DNA of 24,000 nt from an uncultured Actinomycetota bacterium (lineage in GTDB: Bacteria; Actinomycetota; Actinomycetes; Mycobacteriales; Cryptosporangiaceae), in contig CAVUDJ010000015.1 of the NCBI GenBank assembly GCA_963740215.1, positions 477,634 through 501,633 on the forward strand, given 5' to 3'. Made by a program: the position numbers and the translations under genes. Positions 19,332-24,000 of the stretch are shown here, piece after piece (the stretch's first letter is position 1; every line of letters begins with the position of its first letter). Below the pieces are notes generated by a model. The model saw only the letters and a list, made by a program, of their open reading frames with translations. It had not been told where the DNA came from and made no database searches.

Positions 19332-20022
19332 CTACGGGGTGCCGGCCTTGTAGCCGACGCCACGCACGGTGAGGACGACCTCGGGACGCTCCGGGTCACG
19401 CTCGACCTTGGCGCGCAACCGCTGCACGTGGACGTTGACCAGGCGCGTGTCGGCGGCGTGCCGGTACCCCCAGACCTGCTCCAGCAGCACCTCACGGGTG
19501 AACACCTGCCGGGGCTTGCGGGCCAGCGCGACGAGCAGGTCGAACTCAAGCGGCGTCAGCGCGATGGGCGTGCCGTTGCGGGTGACCGCGTGGCCGGGCA
19601 CGTCGATGGTGATCTGCGCGTCCGCCGGGCCGAGGGTCGAGCGTCTCGGGGACGGTGTCCTCGCTGCGCCGCAGCCGTGCCCGCATCCGGGCCACCAGCT
19701 CTTTCGGCTTGAACGGCTTCACGACGTAGTCGTCGGCGCCGGACTCAAGCCCGAGCACCACGTCGACGGTGTCGCTCTTCGCGGTCAACATGACGATCGG
19801 TACGCCCGATTCGCCACGGATCGCCCGGCACACATCGATTCCGCTCATTCCCGGCAGCATCAAGTCGAGTAGCACCATGTCCGGCCTGGTATCGCGGAAA
19901 GCGGCGAGCGCTCGCTCACCGTCCGCCACGAATGAGGGTGTGAAGCCCTCGCTACGCAGGACGATGCCGAGCATCTCGGCGAGCGCGGGATCGTCGTCGA
20001 CCACCAGTACACGTGCTCTCAT
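19332..20022 (-). pseudogene. mtrA: Response regulator MtrA (OmpR family); receiver and winged-HTH halves lie in different frames, with the break at about 19630-19647
   Basis: From ATG 20022: MRARVLVVDDD...DMVLLDLMLPG...MLTAKSDT...VVKPFKPKELVARMRARLRRSEDTVPETL, then out-of-frame sequence to a stop at 19546. The other frame reads TLGPADAQITIDVPGHAVTRNGTPIALTPLEFDLLVALARKPRQVFTREVLLEQVWGY...VRGVGYKAGTP and stops at 19332. Removing one nt from CTCGACCCTCGG joins the two halves. Confidence 0.85.
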
Positions 20023-20179
20023 GCCCCCATCGTGGCACCTCGCGGCGCCTGAACGTGCCGAGGCCACCGTATTGCCGCCGAAGTGGTGCCCGAACCCGCC
20101 GCCGGGGAGCGCGTGGAGCCGCCGTGGCACGATGTGACGACGTCCAACCGGTACAGAACAGGGGGAGGCCGAGCCGACG

Positions 20180-21094
20180 GTGACCGCCGCCCCGAGCGAG
20201 CTCGCATACTCGCCCAACTCCGGCAGCACCCGGCCCGCCGGCCCGGTGCCGATCCGGCCGCTCGCAATGGGCGAGATCCTCGACGGCGCGGTGTCGCTAC
20301 TGCGCCTCTACCCCGGCGCCACGCTGGGCCTGGGCACAGTCATGATGGCGATCCAGCTGCTGCTCATCACCCCGATCCAGTACGTCACGCAGGACGTGAC
20401 CCTGTCGATCTTCGACCCGGTCAGCGGCAGCGGTGACGGCTCGGACCTGCTCACACTGCTCGGCACAACGCTGCTCTCCAGCGCGGTGATCGGCATCGTC
20501 GCGGCCCTGTGCGCGGGCGTGGTCACCGCCGCGACGTCCGTGGTCGTAGGCAACGCCATGCTCGGCGAGCCGGCGCCGGCCCGTGCGGTGTGGGCGCAGG
20601 TGCGGCCGCGGCTGTGGAGCGTGCTCGGGCTGTCGCTGCTGATCGCCGTCGCCGGGCTGACGATCCCGATCGCGAGCTTCCTCGTCACCTCGGCGTTCGC
20701 GCTGGCCATCCCCGCGATGATGCTGGAGCGGGTACGCCCGTTCCAGGCGGTGAAGCGCGGCTGGAGCCTCACGTTCACCGGGTTCGTCGCGTACCTGCGC
20801 CTGCTGGGCATCCGCACGCTGGCCACGCTCGTGGCGTTCGTCTGGCAGTTCCTCGTGGCGCTGCCGTTCATGGCCGCCAGCCAGGTCGTGATCACGCTGG
20901 ACGCACCGCGCTCCCCCGACCCGGCCGAACTGCTCATAGCGGTCTTCCTCAGCGCCCTCGGCGCGATGGCAGGCGGCGTCTTCGCGGTTCCGTTCCTCGG
21001 CTGCGTCGACGGCCTCCTCTACACCGACCGCAGGATGCGCGCCGAGGGCTTCGACATCGACCTCGGCCAGCGGCAGCGGCGGGGAGTGGTCTGA
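20180..21094 (+). CDS. Polytopic membrane protein of unknown function; first gene of the MoxR-associated module
   Basis: GTG start at 20180, with GGGGGAGG at 20161-20168. The N-terminal IRPLAMGEILDGAVSLLRLYP motif is followed by about 6 hydrophobic helices. Its stop TGA 21092-21094 directly abuts the next gene's GTG. Confidence 0.75.
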   Translation: MTAAPSELAYSPNSGSTRPAGPVPIRPLAMGEILDGAVSLLRLYPGATLGLGTVMMAIQLLLITPIQYVTQDVTLSIFDPVSGSGDGSDLLTLLGTTLLSSAVIGIVAALCAGVVTAATSVVVGNAMLGEPAPARAVWAQVRPRLWSVLGLSLLIAVAGLTIPIASFLVTSAFALAIPAMMLERVRPFQAVKRGWSLTFTGFVAYLRLLGIRTLATLVAFVWQFLVALPFMAASQVVITLDAPRSPDPAELLIAVFLSALGAMAGGVFAVPFLGCVDGLLYTDRRMRAEGFDIDLGQRQRRGVV

Positions 21095-21775
21095 GTGCTG
21101 TCGTTCCTCCTCGACCCGGTGCCTCGCGACGAAGCGAGGGAGGCGGCCGAGCGCGAGCTGTCCAAGGACATCTACCAGCGCGAGGAACCGTCGCTGTTCG
21201 AGCGCATCCTGGATTGGTTCGGCGACCTGATCGCCGACCTCACCAGGCAGACCGCCGGCGACGGGCCGGGCGCAGCCATCGGTGCGCTGATCCTCGCCAC
21301 GGTGGTGGTCGGGCTGATCGTCGCCGTGCTGTTCCGCTTCGGACCGCTGGCCCGCAGCCGCCGCAGCGCCGCCGCCGGCACGCACCTCGAACCCACCGCC
21401 ACCGAGGACGAGCACCGGCGGCTCGCCGACGCGTTCGCCGCCGAGGGCCGGTACGCGGAGGCGGTGCGGGAACGGCTGCGTGCCATCGTCCGGAGCCTCA
21501 CCGATCGCGGCCTGCTCGACAACCGCCTCGGGCGGACGGCCACGGAGATCGCCGCCGAGGCGGGACACGAGCTGCCCACGGTGTCGGGTGACCTCCTCGA
21601 CGCCGCCGAGCTGTTCGGTGCGATCTGGTACGGCCGCCGCACCGCCACCGCCGATGACTACGCCCTGCTCCGCGAGATCGACGCCAAGGTGGCCGGGGCA
21701 CGGCCTGGCCACGCGCCGGACGCGCTGGCCGGCGCCCGCTCCGGGTGGGCCACACCGGACGAGGCGGCACGCTGA
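21095..21775 (+). CDS. DUF4129-like membrane-anchored protein
   Basis: Contains ELSKDIYQREEPSLFERILDWFGDLIADL, one TM helix (AIGALILATVVVGLIVAVLF) and the C-terminal RTATEIAAEA...LFGAIWYGRR pattern I associate with DUF4129. The family is assigned from memory. Confidence 0.6.
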   Translation: MLSFLLDPVPRDEAREAAERELSKDIYQREEPSLFERILDWFGDLIADLTRQTAGDGPGAAIGALILATVVVGLIVAVLFRFGPLARSRRSAAAGTHLEPTATEDEHRRLADAFAAEGRYAEAVRERLRAIVRSLTDRGLLDNRLGRTATEIAAEAGHELPTVSGDLLDAAELFGAIWYGRRTATADDYALLREIDAKVAGARPGHAPDALAGARSGWATPDEAAR

Positions 21776-22977
21776 TGACCGCCTTCGCGACCACGACCGC
21801 CCCCGCTGAGACGCCTAGCTGGTGGCGCCGTCTGCGTCCCTGGATCGCCGTCGGACTGCTGGTGTTGATCGTCGCCGCAGTCAGCGCGGTCTACCGCAGC
21901 CAGTCCGAGATCGCGCCGCTCGACCCCGACGCCGCCAGTCCCGAGGGCTCCCGCGCTCTGGCCGTGCTGCTCCGCGACCGGGACGTGCGTGTCGACGAGT
22001 TCGACCAGGTCGGCGAGGCGCTGGCGGTAGCCGAACGCGGCGACGCCACGCTGCTGGTGCCGTTCCCGGAACTGCTCGGCACCGACAGCCTCGAAGGCCT
22101 CGCCGACCTGCCGGAGTCGGTGCGCGTGGTGCTTGTCCAGCCGGACGACTTCAGCCTGAAGGACCTCGACCTCGGCATCGAACGGGACGAGCCGCAACTC
22201 AGCGACATCGAACAGCGCCCCGGCTGTGAGCTGCCCGAGGCCGTTGCTGCCGGCGTCGCCGAGGTCGGGCTCGACCGCTACAAGACCGAGGACGTCGAGT
22301 TCGCCTGCTACGACCGCAGCCTGGTCGTCGTGTCGGACGGCGGCGCCGAGGTCGCCGTGCTCGGCGCGCGCGATCCGCTCACCAACGACCGCCTCGACGA
22401 CGAGGGCAACGCGTCGCTCAGCCTCGGCCTGCTCAGCGCGCACGAGCGGGTCGTCTGGCTGATCCCGGACGGCCCCGAGCTCCAGCAGGACAACCGGCCC
22501 GCGGGCATCGAGGAGATCCTGCCCGCCTGGACCGGATCGACCCTGTGCCTGCTGTTCGTGGCCGCGCTGCTCGCCGCGTTGTGGCGCGCCCGCCGGCTCG
22601 GGCCGCCGGTGGTCGAGCCACTGCCGGTCGTCGTCCGGTCCGCGGAGACCGTCGAGGGCCGCGCCCGCCTGTACCGCAGCGCCCGCGCCAGCGCCGCCGC
22701 GTACGAGGCGCTGCGCGCCGGTGCGCTCGCCCGGCTCCTGCCCGCGATCGGCCTCGGTGGCGAACCCGACTACCGTGCAGTGGTGGAGGTCGTCGCGGCC
22801 CGCAGCGGGCGGCCGGCCGACGAGGTCCACGCGCTGCTCTACGGCCCGCCACCCACCGACGACGCCGGCCTCGTGACCAGCACCGACCTGCTCGACACCG
22901 TGGTCGAGAACACCCTCGACCCGACCCACGTCGAGACCGCCCGACACCGACTCGACGGGGAAGGACGCCCGCAGTGA
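21775..22977 (+). CDS. DUF4350-like protein (N-terminal TM, C-terminal TM plus helical region)
   Basis: ATG 21775 overlaps the previous stop by 1 nt (TGATG). Contains WWRRLRPWIAVGLLVLIVAAV and later STLCLLFVAALLAALWRARRLGPPVVEPLPVVVRSAETVEGRARLYR. The family is assigned from memory. Confidence 0.55.
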   Translation: MTAFATTTAPAETPSWWRRLRPWIAVGLLVLIVAAVSAVYRSQSEIAPLDPDAASPEGSRALAVLLRDRDVRVDEFDQVGEALAVAERGDATLLVPFPELLGTDSLEGLADLPESVRVVLVQPDDFSLKDLDLGIERDEPQLSDIEQRPGCELPEAVAAGVAEVGLDRYKTEDVEFACYDRSLVVVSDGGAEVAVLGARDPLTNDRLDDEGNASLSLGLLSAHERVVWLIPDGPELQQDNRPAGIEEILPAWTGSTLCLLFVAALLAALWRARRLGPPVVEPLPVVVRSAETVEGRARLYRSARASAAAYEALRAGALARLLPAIGLGGEPDYRAVVEVVAARSGRPADEVHALLYGPPPTDDAGLVTSTDLLDTVVENTLDPTHVETARHRLDGEGRPQ

Positions 22978-24000
22978 GCGACGCACCGATGCCGCAACAC
23001 CCTGGCCAGCCGCACCATCCTGGCCAGCAGCAGGTGCCGGGCTATCCGCAGCAGCCGGCCTACCCGGGCTACCCGCAGCAGCCGGCGTACCCGCAGCAAC
23101 CGACCCCGCAGCCTGCCCAGCCCCAACCCCAACCCCAGCCCGAGCAGCCCAGCTGGGTGGCGCCGGCGGTACCCGAGTCGCCCGAGTCGGTCCAGGCGCG
23201 CGAGGCCCTGACCCGGCTGCGCGCCGAGGTCGGCAAGGTGGTCGTCGGCCAGGACTCGGTCGTCACCAGCCTGGTCATCGCGCTGCTCTGCCGCGGTCAC
23301 GTGCTGCTGGAGGGCGTGCCGGGCGTGGCGAAGACGCTGATCATCCGGGCGCTGTCGGCGGCGCTCGACCTCGACCACAAGCGGGTCCAGTTCACGCCGG
23401 ACCTGATGCCCGGTGATGTCACCGGCTCGCTCGTGTACGACGCCCACAACGCCGCGTTCGAGTTCCGCGAGGGGCCGGTCTTCACCAACCTCCTGCTCGC
23501 GGACGAGATCAACCGGACGCCCCCGAAGACCCAGGCGTCGCTGCTGGAGGCCATGGAGGAGCGGCAGGTGTCCGTGGAGGGCGAGCCGCGCCCCCTGCCG
23601 GACCCGTTCGTCGTCGCCGCCACCCAGAACCCTCTGGAGTACGAGGGCACCTACCCGCTGCCGGAGGCGCAGCTCGACCGGTTCCTGCTCAAGATCAACG
23701 TCCTCCTGCCCACTCGTGACGACGAGCTCAAGGTCCTCGAATCGCACCACGGCGGCTTCGACCCGCGTGACCTCGCGGCCGCGGGCGTCAAGGCCGTGGC
23801 GAACGCCGCCGACCTCGCCGCCGGTCGGGAGGCGGTCCGTGGCGTGCAGGTCGCACCGCCGGTGATGGCGTACATCGTGGACGTCTGCCGTGCCACCCGC
23901 ACGGCGCCGTCGCTGTCCAACGGTGCGTCGCCGCGTGGCTCCACCGCGCTCCTGAACACCGCGAAGGCGTGGGCGTGGCTGTCCGGCCGCACCTACGTCA
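22974..24000 (+). CDS. MoxR-like AAA+ ATPase with a Pro/Gln-rich N-terminal extension; 3' partial, runs off the window
   Basis: Translated by hand, because it is absent from the ORF track (no stop in the window). GTG 22974 overlaps the previous stop as GTGA; an alternative ATG lies at 22989. Contains Walker A LLEGVPGVAKT, Walker B LLLADEINRTPPKTQASLLEAMEERQV, and ATQNPLEYEGTYPLPEAQLDRF. Confidence 0.85.
   Translation, partial: MSDAPMPQHPGQPHHPGQQQVPGYPQQPAYPGYPQQPAYPQQPTPQPAQPQPQPQPEQPSWVAPAVPESPESVQAREALTRLRAEVGKVVVGQDSVVTSLVIALLCRGHVLLEGVPGVAKTLIIRALSAALDLDHKRVQFTPDLMPGDVTGSLVYDAHNAAFEFREGPVFTNLLLADEINRTPPKTQASLLEAMEERQVSVEGEPRPLPDPFVVAATQNPLEYEGTYPLPEAQLDRFLLKINVLLPTRDDELKVLESHHGGFDPRDLAAAGVKAVANAADLAAGREAVRGVQVAPPVMAYIVDVCRATRTAPSLSNGASPRGSTALLNTAKAWAWLSGRTYV

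Noticed and set aside
20297-23750. Minus-strand ORFs 20297..21712 (471 aa), 21658..22986 (442 aa) and 22839..23750 (303 aa)
   Set aside because: They are antisense to the membrane / DUF4129 / DUF4350 / MoxR operon. The + strand frames carry TM helices and AAA+ motifs, and the minus frames carry none.

Overview
High-GC actinobacterial chromosomal core region, by eye well above 65% GC with a strong GC3 bias in the real frames. It has no rRNA, tRNA, CRISPR array or recognisable mobile element. Gene order matches the conserved mtrAB-lpqB / secA neighbourhood (M. tuberculosis Rv3233c-Rv3246c). Left to right: a polytopic membrane protein, a small acidic conserved protein, a patatin-like lipase, a WS/DGAT acyltransferase, a HAD hydrolase, a ParA/CpaE-like P-loop protein with a SAF (CpaB-like) protein, and a divergent excisionase-type HTH. 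Then come a conserved hypothetical, a membrane LysM protein, an Rv3235-family protein, secA, two tandem GNAT acetyltransferases, long-form hpf, a ComF-like phosphoribosyltransferase, and lpqB-mtrB-mtrA. Divergent from mtrA is a translationally coupled membrane protein / DUF4129 / DUF4350 / MoxR AAA+ module that runs off the right edge; the MoxR ORF is missing from the ORF track because it has no stop in the window. Main second-look items: (1) At least six conserved genes (membrane protein, LysM protein, both GNATs, lpqB, mtrA) need a single-nucleotide frame change to give their conserved products. This most likely reflects indel errors in the sequence, and would be remarkable if real. (2) A roughly 9-copy tandem array of a 22-23 bp unit fills the gap between the HAD gene and the WS/DGAT gene, capped by an inverted copy. 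(3) An orphan CpaB/CpaE-like pair has a P-loop lacking both lysines. (4) The MoxR-associated envelope module is uncharacterised. Most long ORFs in the track that lie antisense to these genes are GC-rich shadow ORFs.
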